This document shows positions 1 to 11,629 of a stretch of 64,000 nt of DNA, piece by piece. Made by a program: the position numbers and the translations under genes. The DNA comes from Squalus acanthias. Taxonomy: Eukaryota. Numbering within the stretch: position 1 is the first letter of the stretch; the number at the start of each line of letters is the position of its first letter. Where the stretch lies: positions 151,654,001 to 151,718,000 of the forward strand of contig CM059431.1 of the NCBI GenBank assembly GCA_030390025.1, written 5' to 3'. Below the pieces are notes generated by a model. The model ran no database searches. It saw only the letters and a list, made by a program, of their open reading frames with translations, and was not told the origin of the DNA.

Positions 1-1283
1 GAATTACAGTAAGCCTGACATCGGTAGTGGGGAAAATGCTATAGTCCATTTTAAAAGATGTAATAGCTGAGCACTTGAAAAACAGTGACAGGATCGGACA
101 AAGTCAACATGGATTTACAAAAGGTAAATCGTGCTTGACTAAACTACTGGAATTTTTTGAGGATGTAACTCTGAAAACAGATAAGGGAGAACCAGTAGAT
201 GTGGTGTATTTGGACTTTCAAAAGGCTTTCGATAAGGTCCCGCATAAGAGATTAGCGTGTAAAGTTAATGCACATGGGATTGGGGGCAAGGTATTCACAG
301 TATACATTAATGATCTGGATAAGGGAACTAAATGTAATATCTTCAAGTTTGCAGATGACAGAAAGCTGGGTGGGCGTGTGTGCTCCGAGGAGGATACTGA
401 GCAACTCCAGAATGATTTGGACAGGTAGGGTGTGTGGGCAGAAGCGTGGCAGATGCAATACAACGTGGATAAACGTGGAGATTACCACTTTGGTGTCAAA
501 AACAGAAAGGCGGACTATTATCTGAATGGCAATAGATTTGGAGAAGGGGAAGTGCAACGAGACCTGGGTTTCCTTGTGCACAAGTCGCTGAAGCTAACAA
601 TGCAGGTGCAGCAGGCGGTGAAGAAGGCAAATGGTAGTTTGGCCTTCATAGCGAAAGGGTTTGAGTTTAGGAACAGGGATGTCCTGCTGCAGTTGTACAG
701 GGCCTTGCTGAGACCACACATTGAGTACTGTGTGCAGTTTTGGTCGCATTAAATGAGGATGGATGTTCTTGCCATGGAAGGAGTTCTGCGAAGATTCACC
801 AGGCTGATTCCTGGGATGGCAGGAATGACATATGAGGAGAGATTGGGTCGATTGGGTTTATACTCGCTGGATTCTAGAAGAATGAGAGGGGATCTCAAAG
901 AGACATATAACATTCTGACAGGTCTGGACAAACTAGATGCAGGAAGAATGTTCCCGATGATCGGAGAGTCCAGAAACAGGGGTCATAATCTAAGGATAAG
1001 GGGTAAAACATTTAGGACAGAAATGAGGAAGAATTTCTTCACCCAGAGAGTGGTGAACCTGTGGAATTCTCTACCACAGAAGGTAGTTGAGGCCAAATCA
1101 TTAAATATATTCAAGAATGAGTTAGATATATTTCTTAAAGCTAAAGTTATCAAGGGATATGGGGAGAAGGCAGGTACAGGGTACTGAGTTTGGATGATCA
1201 GCCATGATCTCATCGAATGGCGGAGCAGGGTCGAGGGGCCGAATGGCCTACTCCTGCTCCTATCTTCTATGTTTCTATGTTTC
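1..1283 (+). mobile_element. CR1-clade LINE, 3' part of ORF2 (RT) plus 3' UTR, degenerate
   Basis: ORFs 75-428, 432-752 and 753-1187 give CR1 RT motifs ([38 protein letters not shown]). Ends in GGCCGAATGGCCTACTCCTGCTCC plus a (TTCTATGT)n tail. Same subfamily as 56319-59335. Confidence 0.9.
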
Positions 1284-1752
1284 CAAGTTTTAACGGAATG
1301 GTACCGGGCATGGGCATCTTAGCTACTAGGACAGGCTGGAGAAGCTGGATTTGTGTTCATTAGAGCAAAGGAGTATGAGGTGTGATTTGATAGAGGTTTA
1401 CAAGATGATGAAGGACTTTGATAGGCTAGACGTGGAAAGGCTGTTCCCACTCGTTAATGGTACATGGAATAGGTGACACAGATTTCAGGTTTTGGGCAAG
1501 AGATACAGTGGGGAATGTGAGGAAAATCTTTTTAACACAGCGAGTGGTGATGATCTGGAATTCGCTGACGACGTATCTGGTGGAAGCGGAGACACTCAAT
1601 ATTTTCAAGGGCATGCTGGGTAGGCACATGAGGGAAATAAACTTGCTGTGCTACGGGGATAGAGCGGGTGATTTGGGACTGACTGGTTTGCTCTACAGAG
1701 AGCCGTCACATACTCAATGGGCCGAATGGCCTCCTTCTGTGCCGTTATGACT
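1284..1752 (+). mobile_element. Older CR1 LINE 3' fragment
   Basis: [13 protein letters not shown] and FLTQRVVMIWNSL remnants with a GGCCGAATGGCCTCCTTCTGTG 3' end. Paralogous to 44845-45310. Confidence 0.8.
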
Positions 1753-1902
1753 CGAGGATTATGACTCCACTGCTCACGCTCAATCATGACTGTTGTCCCA
1801 ACAATAATCTCGTTTACGTTCAAAACTGAAAGAAGGCAATTCTGAAACGGAACACGTTCTGCTGTTAAGCTCTAGTTAGGATAGAAAGCTCGGGTTTGAT
1901 CT

Positions 1903-4534
1903 TCATATTTTATTAAGCAAGATCCGAATCAATGTCCAGGGTGATTGCAACATCTTTACCAGCTCTTCCCTGAATATGGTTTGAGTCGCTGCATAAATGC
2001 ACGTGTTTGTGCAGGAGCTCAAGTACATGAGCATAAATCCGGTTGCAGAGGCGATGTATGCAGGAGATGAATAATCGGGTCGAACATGAATGGCCAGGGA
2101 GTTAATTAAATAACTAACGCAAGTTGTCAGCCACAACAGTATAATGCTGCCCGATACAGTGAACAGTAAAATGATGGATTTCCTCCTGCTTTCCATCTCT
2201 GGATCGCTCTGATTCTCACTGCATGGACCCCGAAGTCTCCTGCGGGCTCGACTGGCAGTTAGAATACGCCTGACTGTCAAACCATTAAACAGTAATATCA
2301 AAGCGAAGGGAAGCCCTGGACATAGAATAGTTTCGAACCAGGCGAATGCTATACCGAAAGGCGAGGCAAAAAAGTCAATTTTCATGCGGCAACCCCAGTG
2401 AATCTTGTTAATGATTTGTTCAGTTTCAGATGCAAAAGAAAAGGGTATATTGTCTAAAAAGAGCAGAACAGAGACCGTTGTTATGACGGCGGCTGCAGTT
2501 CTCACTGTGCAATATTTCGCTTTAAACTTCTCAGAACATATCGCGACATAGCGGTCAAATGTGAAGGTGACGGTAAACCACACGGACATATCGAGGGCAG
2601 CAGCATTCAAGTATACAAGCAACCTGCAGACGGCAGTGAAGTTGAGGAATGAATGTGGAAAGTGATATGTAAAAACGCGGTACAGCAGCACATTGACGAT
2701 CATGACCAGTAGATCTGCTGTTGCCATGGCCACCATGTAGACCGTGATACCTTTGGAAAGACCGCATTTTCCTCCGGAGAGAATCACGATTGTCAGTAGG
2801 TTCGCTGTAAGAAAGAGGGACAAGCGATCAGCAACGGGCACATTCGGATAAATCTTACACCATATTGTGGGGAAATGTTCAGATGTGTCCCTGTGCAGAC
2901 GGATTTTTACTTATATAGGCGAGCGTTAACGAAGAGGATTAAAAAAAAAACATCGAACACCCAATATAGAGGAACTGAAAATCCGCCATTCTTCCCCTCA
3001 TACTTCAGACAGACATCGCCAAATTTAAATTACACAGTAACTACTGCAAATGTATGAATTTAAACGAAACATTCAGTTGAGAGCACATCATTCAATTTAG
3101 ATCGAAACTTTGCGCTATTTCTATGCACAGTGCTAATAAATGGCAGTTAACATTCGCGCCACAGAAGTGCCAGGCAATGATTATCTTCAACAAGCGAGAG
3201 TCCAACCACCTCCCTTTGACATCCAATGGCATTGCCATGGCAAAATCCCACACCATCAGCATCCTGGGGGTTACCATTGACCAGAAATTTAACTGGATCA
3301 GCCACATATGTACTGTGGGAAAAAGAGCAGGTCAAAGGCTAGGTATTCTGTGGCGAGTGTCTCACCTGATGTCTCCCCAAAGACATATTACCATCTACAA
3401 GGCACAGTGAGGAGTGTGATGGAATACTCTCCACTTGCCTGGATGACTGCAACTTCAACAACACTCAGGAAGCTCGACACTATCCAACACAACGCAGCCC
3501 GCTTGATTGGCACCCCATCCACCACCGTAAACATTCACTCCCTCCACCACCGGCGTACCGTGGCTGCAGTGTGTACCATCTACAAGATGCACTGCAGCAA
3601 CTCGCCAATGCTTATTCTGCAGCACCTCGCAAAACCGCAAAATCTTCCACCTAGAATGACAAGGGCTGCAGGCGCATGGGGGCAGCACCACGTTCCCCTC
3701 CAAGTAACACATCATCCTGACTTAGAAGTATATCGCCTATCCGTTATCCTCGCTGGATCAAAATCCTTGAACTCCCTAACTAACAGCACTGTGGAAGTAA
3801 CTTCACAACACGGACTGCAGCGGTTCAAGAAGGCAGCTCACCACCGGAGTATCAAGGGCAATGAGGGATGAACTTGACAGCGACAACCACATCCCACAAA
3901 TGAATGAAAAAAAAAAACTGAATAGATGTTGCGCGGGGGAGGCGGGGCTGCGGGGGTGGGGGGCGGTTGCGGGGGGTTGCTGCAGCGGCTCGGTAACAGA
4001 GCGGAAGCTGGTGGAGAGACGAAGGTCCTCAGCAGCCGAGGGGAGGATAGCAGAAACCTGAGAGGCAATTATGGCTCCAAATATCTTTCAACGTCCCCTG
4101 TTGGGTGGAGGTGGCTGCAGGCTGAACAATGATCAAGGTAAAATAAACAGGCTACAAGTGTACAACTGTCACGATTAACATCCACACGAAGGAACACATC
4201 CTATAGCGATTTCTGTACTGTTGGAGGAGCCGGAGAATGTCAGCTTCAAACTCCCTGAGTACAGGGAGGAAAGGCGAGCGCCCGGCACCCACAATATAAC
4301 GACCACCCGCACCAGCCTTGCGGACTGGTTGGATTCCCACTGACATCCACCAACTTATCCCGGTGGATAAGTGACTCTTCAATGGGAAGCTTCTCCGACT
4401 CATTACATAATCATTAACACTGAGATAGTCAACAGCCAATAGACAACAGGATACACTGACTTACCGGGAATGCCAAAGGCTGCGAGTGCAGGGTAGAAAA
4501 TGATGCTGAACAGTTGAATTGTTGGCAGTGCCAT
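1903..4534 (-). CDS. Class A (rhodopsin-like) orphan GPCR, GPR139/GPR142-like, copy 1; 2 exons, 323 aa
   Basis: Exon 1 is 4534..4465 (MALPTIQLFSIIFYPALAAFGIP + G, donor GTAAGT). Exon 2 is 2804..1903 (acceptor TCTTTCTTACAG, phase 1). The join reads ...FGIPANLLTIVIL. Seven hydrophobic segments, MATADLL in TM2, FDRYVAI, TM3 and ECL2 cysteines, NTCIY in TM7. Confidence 0.88.
3111..3918 (+). mobile_element. L2-group (L2/Crack-like) LINE 3' fragment in the GPCR intron
   Basis: WQLTFAPQKCQAM...ILGVTID...RSVMEYSPLAW RT C-terminal remnant, ending CACATCCCA...TGAATG plus poly-A. The clade label is tentative. Confidence 0.75.
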
Positions 4535-4614
4535 TTTTTTTGAGCAGAATAGATGACTTCTGACTGGCTTTATGGTTAACATCAGAGTGTACACACGATC
4601 CATAAACACTCTCC

Positions 4615-4666
4615 TTTTACAGAATACTCGGTACCCCAGAGAGAAATTAAGTCACAGTACAATTGG
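4615..4666 (-). promoter_or_regulatory. Putative core promoter of GPCR copy 1 (variant TATA TGTAAAA plus CCAAT box)
   Basis: TGTAAAAG about 80 bp upstream of the ATG, at the position of TATAAAAG in copy 2. CCAAT at 4666..4662. Confidence 0.45.
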
Positions 4667-4946
4667 CGTTAGTTACAGTCACTTAACCAACAAGTCAATA
4701 TTTTCCGCTTCAGTGTGCTTGGGACAACAAAGGGGACCTTTTAAAACTTAGTTCATGAAACTCAATGAATTCAAATGAATAAAAGGGAACTCAAAGCAGA
4801 TGGAATGTACTGTGCACAAGCACCGTGATCCCCGAAGGGCACATCCCAAACGGGCACTGCGTTAGGTTACTGATGCTTCGTAATAATTCCTGAAATCTTA
4901 ACTCATCCATTAGATCGTTAAATTTAGCTTTGCATCCTAATGAAAA

Positions 4947-6105
4947 ATGGTGGTGACCCTTCTCTAACCTTACTGGTGTTGACCCTACTCTAACATTACT
5001 GGTGGTGACCCTACTCTAACATTACTGGTGGTGACCCTACTCTAACATTACTGGTGGTGACCCTACTCTAACCTTACTGGTGGTGACTCTAATCTAACAT
5101 TAATGATGATGACACTACTCTGACATTACTGGTGGTGATCATATTCTAATATTGCTGGTGGTAACTCTACTCTGATATTGCTGGTGGTGATCATACTCTC
5201 ACATTACTGCAAGTATACTCTCACAATCCTGGTGGTGACTCTACTTTGACATTACTGGTGGTGATCATACTCTAACAATAATGGTGGTGATCATACTCTA
5301 TCAATACTGGTGGTGCTTCTACTCTAAAATTACTGTTGGTGACTCTACTGTAACATCACTGGTGAGGACACTACATAACATTAATGTTGGTGACTTTACT
5401 CTAACAATACTGGAGGTAACCCTACACTAACGTTACTGGTGTGGACCGTAGTTTACATTATTGATGGTGTTTAAAGTCACACATTTCTTGTGAGGACCCG
5501 ACTCTAATTTTACTGGTGGTGACTCTACACTAGCAATGCCAGCGGTTACACGATTCTTACATTGCTGGTGATGACCCTACTCTAATTTTAATGGCGTAGA
5601 CCATACTCTAACATCATTGGTTCTGACTCCGCTCAAACATTACTGGTCATGAGTCCAGTCTGAAACAACTGGTGGAGACAACACAGTAACCTTACTGGCG
5701 GTAAACCTACTCTAACATTACTGGTGCTGACTCTACTCTAGCATTACTGATGGTGACCCTATTCTACCGTTATTGGCGGTGACTCTACTCTAGCATTACT
5801 GGTGGTGACACTACTCTAACATTACTGGTGTCGTCTCTACTTTAACATTACTGGTGATGACCCTACTCTAACATTACTGGTGGTAACTCTGCTCTCACAT
5901 TATTGGTGGTGACCCTACTCTAACATTACTGGTGGTGAATCTACTCTAACATTACTGCTGGTGACTCAACACTACAATTAAAGGTGGTTACCCGTTTCTA
6001 TAATTACTGGTGATTTCCGTGCTCTAACATTAATGGCGGGGACCATACTCTAATCATTCCTGTTTGTGACTCCACTCTAACATTACAGGTGATGAGTCAA
6101 GTCTA
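4947..6105. repeat. 26-bp minisatellite (CTACTCTAACATTACTGGTGGTGACC)n
   Basis: About 40 or more variably degenerate tandem units, read directly. Confidence 0.92.
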
Positions 6106-6151
6106 AATTTATAGACATGCTTGATAATTGATAATACACGCTTGATAATTA

Positions 6152-7490
6152 GAAACGTCGTAAAGTAGGAGCAGGAATAGAGCATTCGGCCCTTCGAGAC
6201 TGCTACGCCATTCAATATGATCATGGCTGATTCTCTCTCTCAATATCATATTCCCGCTCTCTCCCCATACCCCATGGCGTCTTTAGCGTCTAGAAATGTA
6301 TCTACCTCCTTCTTAAATATATTCAGTGACTTGGATTCTCCAACCTTCTTTGGTAAATTATTCCACTGGTTCTTCATCCACTGAGTGAAAACATTTCTCC
6401 TCATCTCAGTCTAAATGTCCTACCACGTATACTAAGACTGTGACCCCTCATTACGGAGCCCCCAGTTAGGGGAAACATACTCCCTGCTTACAGTCTGTCT
6501 AGCCCTGTCAGAATGTTATACGTTTCAATGAGACCCCCGTAAATCTTCTGAACTCTCGTGAATACAGGCTTAGACGACCCAATCTCTCTTCATACGACAG
6601 TCCTGCCATCCCAGGAATCAGGCTGGTGAACTTTCACTGCACTATGACAAGTATATCCATTGTTAGGTAAGGAGAACAAAACTGCACACATCACCAAGGT
6701 CCTCTATAACTGTCGTCGTAAGATATCCGTGCTCCTTTATGAAAATCCTCCTGCAATGAAGGCCAATATACCATGTGCCTTCGTAACTGCCTGCTGCACC
6801 TGCATGTTGGCTTTCAGCGAATGGTGTACAAGGACACCCAGGTCCATTTTAACATCACAATTTCCCAATCTATCAACATTCAAATAATACTCTGTCTTTC
6901 TGTTTCTCCTATCGAAGTGGTTAACTTCACATTTATCCACGATATACTGCATCTGCCATGTATTTGCCCACTCACAACTTGTCTAAATCTCCTTGAAGCC
7001 TCGTTGCATCCTCCTCGTAACTCACAATCCCACCTCGTTCCTTGTCGTCAGCAAGCTTGAAAATATTGCATTTGGTTACCTCATTCAATATATATTGATA
7101 TATATTGTGAATAGCTGGGGCCCAAGCACTGATCTCTGCGGTACCCCACTAGTCACCGCCTGCCATATCGAAAAAAAAACATTCATTGCTGCTCTCTGGT
7201 TCCTGGCTGGTAACTCATTTTCAATGCATGCCAGTATTTTATCCCAATCCAATGTGCATTAATTTTGCACACTAACCGTTTATGTAGCACTTTATCAAAG
7301 GGCTTCTGAAAGTCCAAATACACCACATCCACTGTTTCTCCCATGTCTATTCTACAATTCACATCCTCAAAAATGTCCAGTAGGTTTGTCAAACACGAAA
7401 TCCCTTTCATAAATCCATGCTGATTTATTGTAAAATCCCGTTGATATTTTCTAAATGTCCTGTAATCACACCCTTTATAATAGCCTCTAG
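6152..7490 (-). mobile_element. CR1 LINE 3' fragment, inverted, inserted in a 21-bp satellite
   Basis: Minus-strand RT remnants (ORFs 7183-7410, 6737-6952). 21-mer units flank both sides (6113-6150 and from 7500). Confidence 0.85.
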
Positions 7491-7499
7491 TGTTAGCCT

Positions 7500-8062
7500 C
7501 TACTGATGTTAGGACATGCTTGATAATTGATAGGAGACGACTGATAATTGATCATACACGATTGAAAATTGATAGGACAGACTTGATAATTGATAATACA
7601 CTCTTGATCATTGATAGAAGAAATTTGATTATTGATAATACACGCTTTATAATTGATAGATCTTGTTTGATAATTGAAAATACACGCTTGTTAATTGATA
7701 ATACACGCTTGATAATTGATAGGAGACGGTTCATAATTGATAAGACACGCTTGATAATTGATTGGATAAGCTTAATTATTGATAGGACATGTTTGGCAAA
7801 TTGACAGGAGACGACTGATAATGTTTAATACTCGCTTGATAATTGATAATACACGATTGATTATTGAAAGGACGCGTTTGATAACTGATAGTACACGCTT
7901 AATAATTGATTGGACATGCTTGATAATCAATAATACAAGCTTGATAATTGATAATACACGCTTAATAATTGATAGGACATGCAGGATAATAGAATATACA
8001 TGCTTAATAATTAATAGAACATGCATGATAAATGTTACTACGCGCTTGATAATTGATGCAAA
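7500..8062. repeat. 21-bp satellite (TTGATAATTGATAATACACGC)n
   Basis: Tandem 21-mers that produce the pseudo-peptide LIIDNTR repeats. Confidence 0.9.
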
Positions 8063-11000
8063 AGTATAAACAGAGGGGTCTGTGAGTGCAGCATGCACTG
8101 AGTGCAGTGAGCACAGAGTTAACAACTGGAAGCTTGGTAAGTTTGGGAGTTTTAAGGGTTAATCTCTTTTAAAAGTTATTTTTAAATCTAATGTAAATTG
8201 CTAGCAGCTCTTAAGTAAGATTAACTGTTTAAGTTAAAATGTAAACTTTAAATCTTTATGTTTCATCCAGCTTAAGCAGAGACAAACAAGCAAGCTCACA
8301 TGCTGGAAAGCTGCTGTAGTTAATTAGCTAACTAGATTAAACTGGTTCCTGAAACAGTAGCAGAGAAGTGCTGTCTCATCTGAGCTACAAAAAGTACAAA
8401 CACAGGGGTCTGTGAGTGCAGACAGCACTGAGTGCATTGAGCACAGACTGAAAAAAATGGGAGTTTGGTAAGTGTTGTAGCTTGGTGAAGTGGGTGCAGG
8501 AGGTGCTTGCTTTTCCTAACTTCTCACGCAGAGCAGCTGCTGACCTGAGCAGGAGCAGAACGAGGCCCGGGAGCAGGGATAAAAGCAGCAGCAGAACTGC
8601 AACAACAAGAGAAAACGGCAGTGTGATGTCACAGATAAGGCAGGTAATTAATTGTTAGTGACTGTGGGCTAAGATTTAAGTGAACAAATAGCATATAATT
8701 ACATTTTAAATACTAAACTTAAATTAATTAATTTAATAAACTAAACGAGGTAAGTAATTTTATTAACAATAAACTAATCAATTAAATAAATAAAATAATG
8801 GCAGAACAGGAGATGTGTTGCTGCTGCAATATGTGGGAGCTTCTGGACATTTTTGTCGATAGCGAATACATCTGTGCTCAGTGTCTCTAGCTCGAGGCAC
8901 TTTGGTGGGGAGGTATGCTAGTACTGTTGGCGGGGGCAGGGTGTGGGGGGGATGTTAAACTGCCTTGGCAGGGGGTTGGGATACGGAGTGGAGGTACAGT
9001 AGGGGGTGAGGCACAGACAAATAAAGAGGAAAAAAACAATTCAGCCTGGAAGGCAGAGAAAATATGTAACGTCACAAGTAAGTATGGCAAGGCTGGATGG
9101 CATTTAGCTATTCGAGCCAGCATGTAGAAAGTCCGAAAAGAGAGGGGGCGGTACTGGACTTAATTCTAGGGAATGTAGCCGGGCAAGTTGTCGAAGTGTA
9201 AGTTGGAGAGCATTTTGTTGACAGTGACCATAATTTGTTGAGAGTTAAGGTAGTCATGGAAAAGGACAAAGACGGACCTGAAATACAGGTTCTAAATTGG
9301 GGGAGGGCCGACTATAATATGATAAGGCAGGAACTGGCCAAAGTGCACTGGGATCAGCTACTTGTAGGAAAATCCACATCAGAGCAGTGGCAGATTTTCC
9401 GAAAGGATATAGAGAGAGTACAACGCCAAATTGTTCCCTTGCAGTTCAAGGATGGGACCAACAATCACAGGGAACCCTGGATGTCAATGGATATGCAAGA
9501 ATCGATTAGGGAAAAAAAATGAGGCTTTTGGCAGATACAAAGGACTAAAACAGTGAAAGCCCTAGAGGAGTATAGAAAGTGCAGGGGGGTACTTAAAAAA
9601 GAAATTAGGAAAGCGAAGAGGGGGCATTAAAAAACACTGGCAGGCAAAATAAAGGAAAATCCCAAGTTGTTTTTTAATTATATTAAGTGCAAGAGAATAA
9701 CCAGGGAATGTATGGCCCATTAGGGACCAAAGTGGCAATCTGTGTGTAGAGCCATAAGATGTAGGTGAGGTTTGACATGCATATATTGCATCTGTGTTCA
9801 CTATGGAGAAGGACAATGTTGGCTTAGAAATCAGGCAGGGGGATTGTGGTATAATTGAACAAATTAGTCTTGAGAGGAAGGAGGTACTAGCGGTTTTAGC
9901 GGGCATTAAAGTGGATAAATCTTCAGGCACTGACGAGATCTATCCCAGTGAGACGTGTGAGGCAAGGGAGGAGATTTCAGGGGCTCTGACACAAATTTTC
10001 ATAACCTCTTTGTCCACAGGGGTGGTGCCAGTGGACTGGAGAACAGCAATCGTAGCACCATTATTCAAGAAGGGGAGTAGGGTTAATCCAGCGAATTACA
10101 GGTCAGTAAGCCTAACATCATTGGTAGGGAAATTATTGGAAAATATTCTGAGGGACTGAATCAGTCTCCACTTGGAAAGGCAAGGATTAATCAAGGGTAG
10201 TCAGCATGGCTTCATCAGGGGGAGGTCATGTCTAACAAATTAGATTGATTTTTTCGAGGGGGTGACTAGGTGTGTTGATGAGAGTAGTGCAGTTGATGTC
10301 GTCTACATGGACATCAGTAAGGCTTTTGATAAAGTCCCACATGGGAGTCTGGTCAAATAATTAAGCGCCAACTGGATCCAAGGCAATTAGTCACATTGGA
10401 CCCAAAATTGGCTTAGTGGCAGGAGGCAGAGTGTGATGGTCGAAGGTTGTTTTTTGTGACTGGTAGCCTGTGTCCAGTGTTGTACAGCAGGGATCGGTGC
10501 TGGGTCCTTTGCTGTTTTCAGTGTACATTAATGATTTAGATTTGAATGTAGGAGGCATGATCAGTAAGTTCGCAGCTGACACGAAAATTGGTGGAGTGGT
10601 AAATAGCAATAAGGGAAGCCTCAGTCTAGAGGACGAAATATATTTTTTGGTTAGATGGGCAGAACAGTGGCAAATGAAATTTAACCCTGAAAAGTGTGAG
10701 GTGATGCATTTTGGAAGATATTTGATTTTGGTGCATATTCTGAATTAAGAAATAAGTAGAAGTGTGGAAATGTAACGAACTTAAGATCCGAGAATAAGGA
10801 TCTCTGATAAGAAATGTAAGCTCTTTGTATTTTGAACGGTTAATTTTACGATTGCCATACCAGTTTTTAACTGATGGTCGGTTCTTTAATAAATCTATAT
10901 ATTTTTTAAATTGTCTCACAGAGTAATTTCTGTATCAATCTCGCGAACTCAATTTCTGTGCACTCTTCAGAGAGGAGTTGCAAAATTCTGGGGGGTTTTC

Positions 11001-11628
11001 TGGACCCTCATAATATACGGAAGGTTACAGTCTAGTTAAACTTGTTAAAAGTGCTATCCGGAGGCCGGTAACATCTTCAGGCCGTTCCTTTCCTTTGGGG
11101 AGAGATAGTCTGAACCTTTGGAGCCAATTAAGCGTCTCTAGGATTTGGCTACTGATAACTTTAGTTGAAGGTGAACGTCTTTGGAATACGTCTGATCTGG
11201 GGTACCCCGAAAGTGGCTAGAAATAGTAATTATCCAGCTTAGGGGAGACCTGATTGAGGTGTACAAAATTATGACGGGCATGGATAGGTCAGATGGAAAG
11301 GAATTTATCCCTTTAGTAGAGGGGTGAATAACCAGGGGGCACAGTTTCAAGTTAAGGGCAGGAGGTTTAGAGGGGTTTGAGGAAAAACCTTTTCATCCAG
11401 TGGGTGGGAATGGAATCTGGAACTCACTGCCTGAAAGGGTGGTAGAGGCAGGAACACTCAGAATATTAAAGAAGCATTTAGATGAGCACTTGTAACGCCA
11501 TAGCATACAAGGCTGCGGTCCAAGGGCTGGAAAATGGGATTAGAATAGTTTTGGCTTGATGGCCGGGGCTGACACGATGGGCCGAAGGGCTTCTTTCTGT
11601 GCTGTATGTTTCTATGCCTCTATGACTC
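8063..11628 (+). mobile_element. CR1 LINE with 5' UTR and ORF1 start, internally deleted, containing an LTR remnant
   Basis: ORF1 start at ~8798 (MAEQEMCCCCNMWELL, Cys-rich). EN/RT remnants at 9235-10717. 3' tail (CTATG[A/C]CT)n at ~11612-11628. Confidence 0.8.
10718..11236 (+). mobile_element. 3' remnant of a solo LTR, same insertion as 60392-61865
   Basis: Collinear with 61352-61865. The 5' part and the adjacent CR1 sequence were removed by a ~1.35 kb deletion relative to the paralog. Confidence 0.7.
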
Positions 11629-11629
11629 C

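Noticed and set aside
3920..4400. GC-rich intronic segment conserved in both receptor copies, with short ORFs
   Set aside because: The ORFs are not preserved between copies, and similarity looks no higher than in the rest of the duplication.
4947..6105. CRISPR-like regular repeats
   Set aside because: Head-to-tail units without unique spacers, no cas genes, and a eukaryotic context.
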